Of a DNA stretch of 64,000 nt, positions 1-9,892 are shown piece by piece; position 1 is the stretch's first letter; every line of letters begins with the position of its first letter. The notes beneath the pieces are model-generated. The model worked only from the letters and a program-made list of their open reading frames with translations, ran no database searches and was not told the origin of the DNA. The position numbers and the translations under genes are program-made. The stretch is from Nitrospinaceae bacterium (GTDB lineage Bacteria > Nitrospinota > Nitrospinia > Nitrospinales > Nitrospinaceae), in NCBI GenBank assembly GCA_965223665.1, contig OZ245011.1, forward strand, positions 544,001-608,000. Reading direction: 5' to 3'.

Positions 1-117
1 TTAAAAAATTAGATATCCTCAATTAAAGTTGAAGGTTTTCGCTAATACAAAACTATAAAATGGTATAAATATGAAATTAATATTTTAGGAAAATCAAATT
101 GGAGCACTTTCCTTTAT

Positions 118-909
118 ATGAATTTAGAAATTGACAAACCCAATTCAGAAAAGAAGCATGTCGATTTATTATGGACCGGAGGTTGGGATTCGACCTTTCG
201 TTTACTATTCTTACTTTTAGTAGAGAAAAAGAAAGTGCAACCACACTATATTATTGATGAAAGCCGAAAATCATCTGAATTTGAGTTGAAAGCAATGTCC
301 TCAATTAAAGAAACTTTATTTGAACAATATCCTTTTACGAAGGATATGTTGTTTCCTACTGAAATAGTTCAATTATCTAAAATTAAACCAAACAAAGCTC
401 TTTGGGACATGTGGTGGCAGTTGGAAACCAAATATGAAATAGGAGTTCAGTATGGATGGATTCCAAGATATGCGGATGAAAAGGATTTACATGATTTAGA
501 GTTTTGTTGGGAAAAAAGAGATGTTACGGGAGAATTTTTGAAAAAATATCAATATAGATTTGTAGGGGAAGGTCATAATTGTCGAGCCCAATACCATTCA
601 TTGGAAGATGAAGTCAGTATTTTTAGATATTTTTGTTTTCCTACTTTGCATTTATCTAAAAAAGATATGGAAAAAATCGCAGAGGAAAATGAGTTTTTAG
701 ATATTTTAAAGATGACCTGGTTTTGCCACACTCCTAAAAAAAATGGGCAACCATGTGAAACTTGCGTTCCTTGTGTAGTTGCTAGAAAGAGTGGCCATTC
801 CCACGGTCTTCCAAAAACTAATTTTGTGCGGGATTGGTATATAAAGACTGTTTCAAAATTAAAGAATTATGCCAGGGGTTTACAGCGCAAAATTTTTAAA
901 ACAAATTAA
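118..909 (+). CDS. QueC-like / PP-loop adenine-nucleotide alpha-hydrolase family protein
   Basis: N-terminal PP-loop-like LLWTGGWDST and a C-terminal Zn-binding cluster TWFCH...PCETCVPC. Confidence 0.6.
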   Translation: MNLEIDKPNSEKKHVDLLWTGGWDSTFRLLFLLLVEKKKVQPHYIIDESRKSSEFELKAMSSIKETLFEQYPFTKDMLFPTEIVQLSKIKPNKALWDMWWQLETKYEIGVQYGWIPRYADEKDLHDLEFCWEKRDVTGEFLKKYQYRFVGEGHNCRAQYHSLEDEVSIFRYFCFPTLHLSKKDMEKIAEENEFLDILKMTWFCHTPKKNGQPCETCVPCVVARKSGHSHGLPKTNFVRDWYIKTVSKLKNYARGLQRKIFKTN

Positions 910-923
910 CACACCCTTGATAT

Positions 924-1994
924 TTATAATTTTAACTTTACTAAATTCTTAAGGATGGTTGTCAATTCTTCCACACCAGTTTCTAGAGGAGAAACAACCG
1001 GTTGGCCAACTTTAGCCTTCAGTTGTTGTTTTTCCAATTCCAACTCCTCCGGAGGCAAGTTTTCGGTATTTAAACAAATCGCTAAAACTTCTGCACCATA
1101 AGCTTCAATCAGATTAATTTCACTTTCAATTGATGGGATTTCCAGTTTTAAATCTTCACTACCAAAATAATATTTCCGTCTAGAAGCATGTTGCAAAATA
1201 ACTCTTTTGGCATTTCCTGAGAGAATAAACTCAGCACCTGCAGGACCGGAAGGGTTACGTAAAGAAGCCTGACCTTCGATTAGAATAATTTCAGGTTGTT
1301 CCTTACGCCAACATTCATAAATACAATGCTCAATTTCGCCACTTACAAAGTCATTTGGTGTGGCATCAAAAATGAAACCATAATTTCCACCCTGTAACCA
1401 GCCAGTTTGCCCGGTATATATCATTTCAGCGCGAACCCCTTGTTCCTTTAATTTCTCTACTAATAAGCGAGTAGTGGTTCTTTTGCCAAGGACACAATCT
1501 GTTCCGAGAACAGCAACAATGGGACATGTGACTTGATAGATTTTTCCCTCCCAAAACTTTAACTCATTTTTTCTACTCGACTTTCGAATGTCTAAAAGTT
1601 CCACACCCTTTTGTTTAGCAAGTTTTGAGAGAGTAGGGTTATCATTTAAAAACTGATGAAGTCCGTTAATTATTGAGAGGCCAGAATTAATGGCATCTTC
1701 AAAAATTTTATTCAAGTATTTTGGAATTATTCCTCCCTGGGTGACTATACCAGTAATACAATAGTCCGGTTTATATTGTAATTCTTGTAAGGCATGTTGA
1801 ATATTTCTAAAGATAGGGGTTTCATGACACCCCGGAACAAGTTCATTTAGATTTTTACCGACAGAAGCCGGATCAATTACTCCAACAATGTTAAAACGTT
1901 CACAATATCGAATCAAGCCATGGGCAGTTTTCCCATAGGCTGTTTGTAATTTGTCGGGAGCGATTATAAGAGCATTTTTTTTCATAAACTGCAT
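924..1994 (-). CDS. DUF1611 family protein (N-terminal Rossmann-like plus P-loop domain)
   Basis: GKTAHGLIRY, GLHQFL, GTDCVLGKRTT, TGQTGW, EGQASL motifs typical of DUF1611. Confidence 0.85.
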   Translation of the reverse strand: MQFMKKNALIIAPDKLQTAYGKTAHGLIRYCERFNIVGVIDPASVGKNLNELVPGCHETPIFRNIQHALQELQYKPDYCITGIVTQGGIIPKYLNKIFEDAINSGLSIINGLHQFLNDNPTLSKLAKQKGVELLDIRKSSRKNELKFWEGKIYQVTCPIVAVLGTDCVLGKRTTTRLLVEKLKEQGVRAEMIYTGQTGWLQGGNYGFIFDATPNDFVSGEIEHCIYECWRKEQPEIILIEGQASLRNPSGPAGAEFILSGNAKRVILQHASRRKYYFGSEDLKLEIPSIESEINLIEAYGAEVLAICLNTENLPPEELELEKQQLKAKVGQPVVSPLETGVEELTTILKNLVKLKL

Positions 1995-2222
1995 TAAAGA
2001 AAATATTTTAAAAAGTAGTCAAATGCCAGGAAAAGATTAAACAAAAATTTTACTTATAACATTTTATAAAGAAATCCAAAGTAAAATTCTTCCAATTTAA
2101 TCAAAATAAAAATATCACTTGAGAAATAACTTTAATAAAAAAACTCAAAATTTTAGGAAAGAATAGGGAGGTAGGAGTTTTGAAAAAGATCAATGAACAG
2201 GAGTGGACTTATTTTGAGAGGC

Positions 2223-2756
2223 CTAAGTAATGGTTTCATTTTTTAATTTTTGAAATATCAATTTGCCTGAAAAAATGGCGCCAGATCCGAAAAGAAGAAT
2301 AGCTAAAACACCGATAAAGTCTTTTTTAAAAAATAAAACCCAAAAGCCACTAATTGCAAATAAAACGGAAATTATTCCCATAAAAATTAGGGTAGGTAAA
2401 TTATAAAGCTTTAAAATTTTATTTTGGGTTTCAGAAAGCTTTAATTTTTCATTTGTTTTAGCGGAGTTTTTTGTAAGACTTTTTATTTTAAAAAAATTAT
2501 AAATGCAATAAAACGGAAGTAGGATAATAAGTAGCAATAACCCCATGCCAATTATTACTTGAAGGAATATAAAGGCGGGTAAAACTATTTTATAAATGAT
2601 CCAATAAGAATCTCTATAATATTTTTTGATTTTATCTAATTTTTCTTGGGATTCTATAATATAACCAGATCCCCAAATCCCCCTTGGAAAGAATAGTGTA
2701 TTTCCTGAATCATCTTTTTTAAAATGAACCTCTGTTAATCCGTCAAAAAAGCTCAT
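2223..2756 (-). CDS. Hypothetical membrane protein
   Basis: 177-aa ORF with about four hydrophobic segments. Confidence 0.65.
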   Translation of the reverse strand: MSFFDGLTEVHFKKDDSGNTLFFPRGIWGSGYIIESQEKLDKIKKYYRDSYWIIYKIVLPAFIFLQVIIGMGLLLLIILLPFYCIYNFFKIKSLTKNSAKTNEKLKLSETQNKILKLYNLPTLIFMGIISVLFAISGFWVLFFKKDFIGVLAILLFGSGAIFSGKLIFQKLKNETIT

Positions 2757-2872
2757 ATCTATCCTGTCTTTACACTGGTAACTATTTTAAAAAATCTATG
2801 GATTATGGGGTTGGACTTTAGAAAGGGTCCCATTAAGCAGGTTATATGGTTTAAATTAACTTAAGCAGAGAA

Positions 2873-3478
2873 TTAAAATGAATTTTCCTTTATCAACTCA
2901 GTTAGTGGCAGTTGACCTGGTTTTGGCCATGGGTCCTTGGTTCCTTTGCCAATAGCTACCAGGGGGCCCATTACATGATCTTCAGGTAGATTAATTAAGT
3001 GTGCAACCTTTTCAATATCAAAACCAATCATTGGGCAGGAATCGTATCCCATACCTTTAGCAGTTAACATTATTGTTTGCATCGCCATTCCGATGGATCT
3101 TTGGGCTTCATCACGTTGCAACCAATCTCTTCCTTCATGAAAAGGTCCCATCCAGTTTACTAGAAGCTCAGCCACTTCTTGAGGTGCATTTTGCCAATAA
3201 CGTTCAGGTCGTTTTTGCCAAGCTTTCATATCAGCGGTCATGAGGATAAGTAAGGAAGCATCAGTAATTTGAGCTTGGTCATTTCCAAATTCAGTGCGAA
3301 TTTTCTTTCTTAATTCTGGATCGCGAAGAATAACAAAACGCCAATGTTGAATATTAAAGCTGGTAGGAGCCTGAATTGCGGCTTCTAGAATTTTAGTTTC
3401 TTCCTCTTTTGATAATTTATGTTGAGGATCAAAATGTTTAACAGCTCGTCGTTGATAAATCGCGTCAAATATATTCAT
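2873..3478 (-). CDS. Nitroreductase family protein
   Basis: RRAVKHF, APTSFNIQHWRF, GYDSCPMIGFD motifs. Confidence 0.92.
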   Translation of the reverse strand: MNIFDAIYQRRAVKHFDPQHKLSKEEETKILEAAIQAPTSFNIQHWRFVILRDPELRKKIRTEFGNDQAQITDASLLILMTADMKAWQKRPERYWQNAPQEVAELLVNWMGPFHEGRDWLQRDEAQRSIGMAMQTIMLTAKGMGYDSCPMIGFDIEKVAHLINLPEDHVMGPLVAIGKGTKDPWPKPGQLPLTELIKENSF

Positions 3479-3532
3479 TAATAAACTCCATTTATTGGAA
3501 TAAACTTATTAATAATAATTTGTGATCTTGTC

Positions 3533-5044
3533 TCAGTGTAATTGAACAATCACATTTTTGATTTGAGTATAATTTTCCAATGCATGAAGACTCATTTCCC
3601 GGCCATAGCCACTCTGTTTGTACCCGCCAAAAGGTGCATTGGCATCAAATATATTGTGGCAATTAACCCATACAGTTCCTGCTTTTAATCGGGCCGCGAT
3701 TTTATGAGCTTTGTTTATGTCTTTTGTCCACACACTGGCTGCCAGTCCATAAATGGAATCGTTGGCGCGGGCTACTATTTCATCGATGTCTTCAAAAGGC
3801 GCAGCAACCAGTACCGGACCGAAAATTTCCTCTGCAACGATATTCATCTCATTGCGGATTCCGGTGAAAACGGTAGGCTGTACATAGCAACCTGATTCTA
3901 ACGAACCAGAAAATCGCTCTCCACCAGTCAAAACTTGAGCTCCTTGTTGTTTTCCAGAATCGATGTATCCCATTACCCTGTTTTGTTGCTCGGTAGAAAC
4001 CAGAGGTCCCATTTCTGTATCCTTTGCCATACCGGGACCAATTTTAATCTGCTTAGCTTTATCGGCCACCCTCTCAACCAGTTCATCATAAACACTTTGA
4101 TGTACCATTAGTCGGGAGCCTGCCGCGCAGCATTGTCCATGATTAAAAAAGATGGCACCTGCAACTCCGGAAGCAGCCAATTCCATGTCTGCATCCGGGA
4201 ATACAATGGATGGTGATTTACCTCCAAGTTCAAGGGAAACTCTTTTAAGATTACCCGCGGAAGCTTTTACAATTTCGTGACCAACCTCAGTGCTTCCCGT
4301 AAAAGCGACCTTATCCAAGTCCGAATGATTTGCTAGAGCTGCCCCTGTATCGCCAAAACCGGTAACAATATTAACAACCCCTTTAGGAAAACCAGCCTCT
4401 TGAAATAGATCAGCAAGACGAAGCGCGGAAAGGGGTGTTTGTTCCGCTGGTTTTAAAATGACACAATTTCCTGCTGCCAGGGCAACCCCGAGTTTCCAGG
4501 CTGCCATAAGTAATGGAAAATTCCATGGAATGATTTGTCCAACCACTCCAATGGGTTCGCGGCGGGTATAGTCGAAAAATTCAGCGCCAGGTGCATAGGG
4601 CACGGATAAGTCCAGAGTTTCTCCGTGAATTTTTGTGGCTAATCCTGCGTAATAACGAAAGTGGTCTACAGTAAGCGGTACATCTGCTGCCCGAGATATA
4701 ACGAGAGGCTTACCGTTATCCAGGGTTTCAAGTTGAGCGAATTCCTCCGAATGTTGTTCGATCAGGTCCGCGAATTTCCAAATCAGTTTTCCTCTTTCAG
4801 AAACTGTCATCTTCCGCCAGGGTCCATCTTCAAAGGCTTTTCTTGCAGCTTTAACGGCCCGATTAATATCTTCGCTACCGCCTTTGGGAACGTGACACAA
4901 TACGGAAAGGTCTGAAGGATCCGTGACTTCAAATGTTTCTCCGGAGGCGGCTTCTACACGCTGACCATCAATTAAAAGTTTTAAGGGAGAATTCAAAAAA
5001 TGTCTAACTTCTTCATTGGTTTCTACTAACGTCGATGTTGTCAT
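3533..5044 (-). CDS. NAD-dependent aldehyde dehydrogenase
   Basis: IIPWNFP, FTGSTEVG, LELGGKSP, catalytic Cys in GQCCAAGS, EEIFGPV, PFGGYKQSG. Confidence 0.96.
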   Translation of the reverse strand: MTTSTLVETNEEVRHFLNSPLKLLIDGQRVEAASGETFEVTDPSDLSVLCHVPKGGSEDINRAVKAARKAFEDGPWRKMTVSERGKLIWKFADLIEQHSEEFAQLETLDNGKPLVISRAADVPLTVDHFRYYAGLATKIHGETLDLSVPYAPGAEFFDYTRREPIGVVGQIIPWNFPLLMAAWKLGVALAAGNCVILKPAEQTPLSALRLADLFQEAGFPKGVVNIVTGFGDTGAALANHSDLDKVAFTGSTEVGHEIVKASAGNLKRVSLELGGKSPSIVFPDADMELAASGVAGAIFFNHGQCCAAGSRLMVHQSVYDELVERVADKAKQIKIGPGMAKDTEMGPLVSTEQQNRVMGYIDSGKQQGAQVLTGGERFSGSLESGCYVQPTVFTGIRNEMNIVAEEIFGPVLVAAPFEDIDEIVARANDSIYGLAASVWTKDINKAHKIAARLKAGTVWVNCHNIFDANAPFGGYKQSGYGREMSLHALENYTQIKNVIVQLH

Positions 5045-5131
5045 TTCAAATTTTCCAGGTTATTGAATTATTAAAAAAAATTCTTAATTAAAATTTAAAA
5101 AGGAAGGAGTGTTTTTGCGTCTAAATTTTTC

Positions 5132-5179
5132 TGGTCGGGATGAGTGGATTTGAACCACCGACCCCTTCGTCCCGAACGA
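5132..5179 (-). repeat. att site: 48-bp duplication of the tRNA-Pro 3' end (left island boundary)
   Basis: tggtcgggatgagtggatttgaaccaccgaccccttcgtcccgaacga is identical at 5132..5179 and 50501..50548. Confidence 0.97.
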
Positions 5180-5308
5180 GATTAATTTGAAAAATAGTGA
5201 AAAAGCTTGAAACATTGTGAAACCTATCCTATAGTATCTCAAGGCTATAAATCAACCTAATTTTCTTTTCAGGTGGTTTCAAATCAATTCATAGTATTTA
5301 CCTTGAAT

Positions 5309-5330
5309 TGCTACCCAAAGCGCTACCCAA
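5309..5330 (+). promoter_or_regulatory. Putative integrase arm-type binding sites (left)
   Basis: TGCTACCCAA (5309) and CGCTACCCAA (5321), 12-bp period; the same motif pair occurs at the other island end. Confidence 0.75.
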
Positions 5331-5361
5331 GAGGTCTCTTCGCTTCGTACGAAATTTTATC

Positions 5362-6579
5362 ATGAAATTCACTGATTCTTCCATTCGATCTATAAAACCA
5401 AAGGAACAACGATTTGAAATTTGGGAAACCAATGGTAAGGGATTTGGTCTAAGAATAGCACCTACGGGAAAAAAGAGCTGGATATTTCTTTATCGCTTCA
5501 ATGGCCGACCTAGAAGAATGACCTTAGGAGAATACCCAAAAATAAGCCTTGCAGAAGCTCATACAGCCCACGCAAAAGCAAGAGAAATTTTGTTAAAGGG
5601 AAGTGATCCAGGCGAGAAAAAACTAGAGAAGAAAAAAGCGCACCAATCAGCATATACAGTTTCTAGTTTAATCGATGAATATATGGAACGCTGGGCTAAG
5701 AAAAATAAGGTTACCTGGAAAGAGGATAAAAGATGCCTAGAAAAAGATGTGATTCCATTTATTGGTGAATTTAAAGCTAAGGATATAAAACGTAGAGATA
5801 TCGTCTTGATTAGGGACCGGATTATAGATCGCGGTTCCGAGGCAATGGCAAATCGGGTTCATAATGTCTTAACTAAGCTTTTTAATTTTGCTGTAGAAAG
5901 AGGAATTTTAGATACATCACCATGCGCGGCACTAACACTACCTGCGGAAAAAGGTGAGCGTGATCGTGCTCTTGGATTTGATGAAATCAGCCTTTTTTGG
6001 AATGGTTTAGATGAAATAAGTATGGAACCATCTATTAAATTGGCATTGAAATTTCTTTTAGTCACAGGTCAAAGACGGTCGGAGGTGGTTAAAGCGGAAT
6101 GGAAGGAATTCGATTTTGACAAGGGCGAATGGGAAATTCCAGTTGAAAGAATCAAATCACGTAAACGGAAAAAGAAAAAGAAGGTTGGGCCTCATCTGGT
6201 CTCCTTAAGTGAGCTAGCAATTGAATTATTACAAGAAATAAAAAAGTTGTCCGGCCAATCAGGGTTTTTGTTTCCATCTCCAAGGACTGATTACTGCATA
6301 GGACCTGAAGTCGTAACCAGAGGATTAAGAAAAGCTTTAGACGCTAATAATGAGAATAGAATCGCATTGGAGCAATTCACGGTTCATGATTTAAGAAGGA
6401 CAATGGCAACGAGGATGGCTGAAATTGGAGTTAGTTGGTTCAATATAGCCCGAGTCCTTAATCATGAGGGGGAAGGGGTTACTGATAGATATGTTAAGTA
6501 TCAATATTTTCCCGAGAAAAAAGATGCTTTAGATCGATGGGGAAGAAAACTTGTGTCAATAACAATTCCAGATGGATAG
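5362..6579 (+). CDS. int: Tyrosine integrase with N-terminal arm-binding domain (P4-like)
   Basis: GFGLRIAPTGKKSW arm domain; catalytic R (GQRRSE), HDLRRT, LNH, Y (TDRY); ATG at 5362 preferred over TTG 5308. Confidence 0.96.
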   Translation: MKFTDSSIRSIKPKEQRFEIWETNGKGFGLRIAPTGKKSWIFLYRFNGRPRRMTLGEYPKISLAEAHTAHAKAREILLKGSDPGEKKLEKKKAHQSAYTVSSLIDEYMERWAKKNKVTWKEDKRCLEKDVIPFIGEFKAKDIKRRDIVLIRDRIIDRGSEAMANRVHNVLTKLFNFAVERGILDTSPCAALTLPAEKGERDRALGFDEISLFWNGLDEISMEPSIKLALKFLLVTGQRRSEVVKAEWKEFDFDKGEWEIPVERIKSRKRKKKKKVGPHLVSLSELAIELLQEIKKLSGQSGFLFPSPRTDYCIGPEVVTRGLRKALDANNENRIALEQFTVHDLRRTMATRMAEIGVSWFNIARVLNHEGEGVTDRYVKYQYFPEKKDALDRWGRKLVSITIPDG

Positions 6580-6608
6580 CAATTAGAGATTAAAAAAAGA
6601 GGCTAAAA

Positions 6609-7547
6609 ATGGCAAAACAAAATATTCTGGAACTTAAGAAGAGATCTTCAAAAAAATTCACACCAAAAGCTCCAAAAAAAATTACGAAAAAGAAAAACCT
6701 AATCCACAATGCCAATGATTTTTATCAATTTTTAAAGACCATTTCTAACGAAAAAAAATTTTCCTTGGCCGAAACCCTAGGGTTTAAAAAATGGCTCAAA
6801 GAATTCAAGATTTCTCAAATGGGAAAAGAGGTTTCTGAAATCATCAATGAACTTACAATAAATAAAAACTCTAAGGCAAAAAGTTGGTTGAAAAGAGAAA
6901 TTTATTGGCTATGCTTTCAAGCTAAAAAGTATGATTCAAAAAGTGATCCAGGGATAACGGAATACGAAAATTTTTCCAAATTGAAAACAAATCTTCTTCC
7001 TACCATCAATGCCATAGATAAGCTAAAAGAATTTCATACTATTAATTCACCATTAAGAGATAAAGTTAACGGAAAAGTTGCTGAACTTTTTGTTGAAAGA
7101 AAAATCATATCCAGATCTCAAAAAAGTATGGATGAGCTAATTGGTGAAATCCTTGGTATTTACAAATTGACTTTAGAGGATTATGAATCCTCTTTAAAAG
7201 AAGTAACCTCAAAGGGAAGAATGTGGACGGTAGCTGGGCTAATCTATCCCAATACAAATGAGGGGAGAAAAGTTCGAAAGAAATCACATCCAATAAGAGA
7301 TTCTTTCATTCTTCACTTGGTCAAAATTTTTCGCCATTTCACTGCAGAACAGTGGGACCTCGGCTGGTCAGGAGAATCTATGCCTGAATTTGGGGGACCC
7401 TGTTATCCCCAAATTGCCACCATTGTTAACTCTTTCCTAAGAATCCCTGAGGATAAAATTCTTACTGACGATTCAGTACAGAAAATTGCTTCTCGCCTAA
7501 TTAAAGATGGTGTTTGTGTTTCTTCATGGAACCTGCCTTTATCATAA
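6609..7547 (+). CDS. Hypothetical basic protein between int and alpA (possible regulator)
   Basis: 312-aa ORF with RBS-like gagg; no family recognised; position typical of satellite regulators. Confidence 0.6.
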   Translation: MAKQNILELKKRSSKKFTPKAPKKITKKKNLIHNANDFYQFLKTISNEKKFSLAETLGFKKWLKEFKISQMGKEVSEIINELTINKNSKAKSWLKREIYWLCFQAKKYDSKSDPGITEYENFSKLKTNLLPTINAIDKLKEFHTINSPLRDKVNGKVAELFVERKIISRSQKSMDELIGEILGIYKLTLEDYESSLKEVTSKGRMWTVAGLIYPNTNEGRKVRKKSHPIRDSFILHLVKIFRHFTAEQWDLGWSGESMPEFGGPCYPQIATIVNSFLRIPEDKILTDDSVQKIASRLIKDGVCVSSWNLPLS

Positions 7548-7566
7548 ACAGCTTCTCAAAAAGTCA

Positions 7567-7603
7567 AGGACAACTAGAAATTTTTTTCATTTCTAGTTGT
7601 CCT
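7567..7603. promoter_or_regulatory. Perfect 15-bp inverted repeat upstream of alpA (operator or terminator)
   Basis: AGGACAACTAGAAAT-N7-ATTTCTAGTTGTCCT. Confidence 0.6.
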
Positions 7604-7669
7604 GTCATTTCATTGGCCAATAGTAGAAATTAGTACTATTAAAGCTTAAGAAATTTCTCGAGGGGATCT

Positions 7670-7873
7670 ATGAACAAAAATATCATCGACATTAAAAAAG
7701 TTATAAAGAAGGTCGACCTTAGTGCAGTGACAATTTGGAGGATGGAACGCCGTGGCGAATTTCCGAGCCGAATTAAAATTGGTCATCGGCGGGTGGGATG
7801 GGTAGAAAGCGAATTGGATGAATGGCTTACGGACCGGCCCAGAGTCCACAAAAGAATTAACACTCCCCCTTAA
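7670..7873 (+). CDS. alpA: AlpA family regulator / recombination directionality factor
   Basis: LSAVTIWRMERRGEFPSRIKIGHRRVGWVESELDEW is the canonical AlpA pattern; RBS gagggg. Confidence 0.93.
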   Translation: MNKNIIDIKKVIKKVDLSAVTIWRMERRGEFPSRIKIGHRRVGWVESELDEWLTDRPRVHKRINTPP

Positions 7874-7995
7874 ATAAAGAAAGAATTTTATTGTGGAATT
7901 TGCGGTTCTAAGATCAATATTTTGCTAATAACTTTCAAAAAAATGGGTCGGGCATACTTTTGCAGAGACACCCAACCCAAAAATAAAAAAACCAA

Positions 7996-8739
7996 ATGAA
8001 TTATATCAAATCACCCTGGAAAGACAATATAGGGAACGGCCTTTATTCCAGAATTCCTAGAAAACTAATTTTAGAGAAAAATTGGGGTAAGTTACATCTG
8101 TCGGCAAAGGCAATTTATCTTCCCCTTATCAAACATGTTAATACAGATGGTGAAGCATGGCCAAGTTGCGAAACCTTAGGCCAACTTGCCGGGATAACTC
8201 GTAAAACCGCCGAAAACGGAATTAAATATCTTGAAGGTTTTCCCGGTTTTAAAAAACAACCTTATTTCACTAGAAGAGGCCATAAATCCAATAAGTACAC
8301 CATAAAAGAACCCTCAAAAGATCCTAAGGTTTCAATCTATATAAGTCATGATTTCATTAATGGGGGTAACTGGTCTCAATTGGTTCCTGTTGGCAAAGCT
8401 ATATTCCCGGTTTTATTAAATTTTGCGTGGTGGGATAAAGAACTTTATTTAGAACTGGAAGAAACCTATGTTGATGAAAGAGATGATGAAGAAATTTATA
8501 AAACTCGAGAATACGATATATTTGATGGAGACAAAAAACTTATTTGTGAATTGGCTGGGATTAGCTTTCGATCTTTAGATAAAGCTATTTTAAGCTTGAA
8601 TGAAAAGTATTTTTTGGAACCTCAACAATATGACGGGAAAGAAATTTGGAAAATATTGATTTCCCCCTCAAAAGTTTTTACGCGTTCATTTCTAATTAGA
8701 AAAAAAGAGAAGCTTTTTTCGGAAAAAATTACTCACTAA
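7996..8739 (+). CDS. Winged-HTH (HTH_36-like) putative replication initiator with an internal duplication
   Basis: AKAIY...GEAWPSCETLGQLAGITRKTAENGIKYL; a second similar unit NWSQL...GKAIF...LICELAGISFRSLDKAI. Confidence 0.65.
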   Translation: MNYIKSPWKDNIGNGLYSRIPRKLILEKNWGKLHLSAKAIYLPLIKHVNTDGEAWPSCETLGQLAGITRKTAENGIKYLEGFPGFKKQPYFTRRGHKSNKYTIKEPSKDPKVSIYISHDFINGGNWSQLVPVGKAIFPVLLNFAWWDKELYLELEETYVDERDDEEIYKTREYDIFDGDKKLICELAGISFRSLDKAILSLNEKYFLEPQQYDGKEIWKILISPSKVFTRSFLIRKKEKLFSEKITH

Positions 8740-8823
8740 GAATTAATAAAAGAAATTTAAAAGTATTAAATGAAGATTTAATTAAAAGAATTATTTAAAA
8801 GAATCAAAAAAGAATTTATTAAG
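8738..8823 (+). repeat. AT-rich imperfect AAAGAAT repeats, candidate origin of replication
   Basis: Repeated (t)aaaagaat-like units directly after the rep-like ORF. Confidence 0.35.
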
Positions 8824-9033
8824 TTTTGATAATTTTTAAAGGAAATTACGGATTTAATTAGCTTCTTTTCATTTCAAATTGACTCTATTTCGATCAAGGT
8901 TGACTTTTTTTCTAAATCCATAAAATTTCCTTGAATGAAATTTCCATTTAGGTTGATGTTTGCAAAAATTTATAGGAAATTAATTTTTAGAAATCTTTAA
9001 AGTGAAAACTAGACCCCTTACTGATCCAGGATG

Positions 9034-9120
9034 AGGGAGGGGGGATCATAACGCTCGCAAACTTTAAATGGGACCGTTGCGGGGGTAGTAAACTTTTTCC
9101 TCGCGCAGGATAAAAATAAA
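9034..9120 (+). other. cos-like packaging region upstream of terS
   Basis: GC-rich patch: G-run (gggagggggg), ggaccgttgcggggg, T-run, cgcgc, A-run; this layout resembles the region before terS in HK97/P27-type cos phages. Confidence 0.55.
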
Positions 9121-9155
9121 AAGGGTAATTATTGAAAAATTTGGAGGAAGTAAAA

Positions 9156-9635
9156 ATGCCAGGACCTCAAAAAATTCCAACAGTTATCAAAAAACTTCAA
9201 GGAAATCCAGGAAAACGTAGATTGAATCTCAACGAACCAAAGCCTGAAACTGGAATTCCCAAATGTCCGGCTTGGTTAAATAAAAAAGGAAAAGTCGTTT
9301 GGAAAGAGTTGTCGACTTTGCTAAACAACATGAGGGTTCTTACGGTTGCAGACAGGTATTCTTTGGCGTTGCTTTGTGATGTTTACGGTGAGTATATTGA
9401 AACGCGTAGATTTCTCAATAAGAATGGATCTACTTATGAACTCAAAACCAAAAATGGCGAAATTATGTTTCGCAATCGCCCAGAGGTTACTAAATCTGCT
9501 GAATTATTTAAGAGGGTTATTTCTCTAATGAGGGATTTTGGGTTGACACCAGGCTCTCGTTCTGGAATTAGTGTTGAACCTTATCACGAGGAAGATTCTT
9601 TCTTAAAGTATTTAAAGAAAAGAGAAAAGTTTTAA
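9156..9635 (+). CDS. terS: Phage terminase small subunit, P27 family
   Basis: MPGP...PT..KKLQGNPGKRRLN..EP, P.WL...W, DFGLTPGSRS; RBS ggagg at 9143. Confidence 0.93.
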   Translation: MPGPQKIPTVIKKLQGNPGKRRLNLNEPKPETGIPKCPAWLNKKGKVVWKELSTLLNNMRVLTVADRYSLALLCDVYGEYIETRRFLNKNGSTYELKTKNGEIMFRNRPEVTKSAELFKRVISLMRDFGLTPGSRSGISVEPYHEEDSFLKYLKKREKF

Positions 9636-9892
9636 TTAGAACATTTTGATGATTTTTTCTTTGCTTTTCGTAATTAAACTACTATTTCTTATATGCTCTA
9701 AAGTTTTTGCAAGAAAATTTCACATCATAAAAATCAAATAAGCAAAACTGACCAATAAAATTGAGAAGAAACTAAATACCAGACTGGTTAGTCTTATCTT
9801 ATGTTCACTTAGAGTCGTTACTTTTTTATTCTTAAAGTAACAGATATTACAACCTGTACCTTTCACCGTTATTTCCCAGAATCTTTTTCCAC

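Noticed and set aside
5132-5179. Second tRNA-Pro gene
   Set aside because: Only the 3' 48 nt are present; the D-arm and 5' acceptor strand are missing, so it is an att duplication
5308-5361. TTG-initiated N-terminal extension of the integrase
   Set aside because: It overlaps the arm-site repeats; the family-like sequence starts at ATG 5362
5362-9635. Intact prophage
   Set aside because: No large terminase, portal, capsid, tail or lysis genes are visible anywhere in the island
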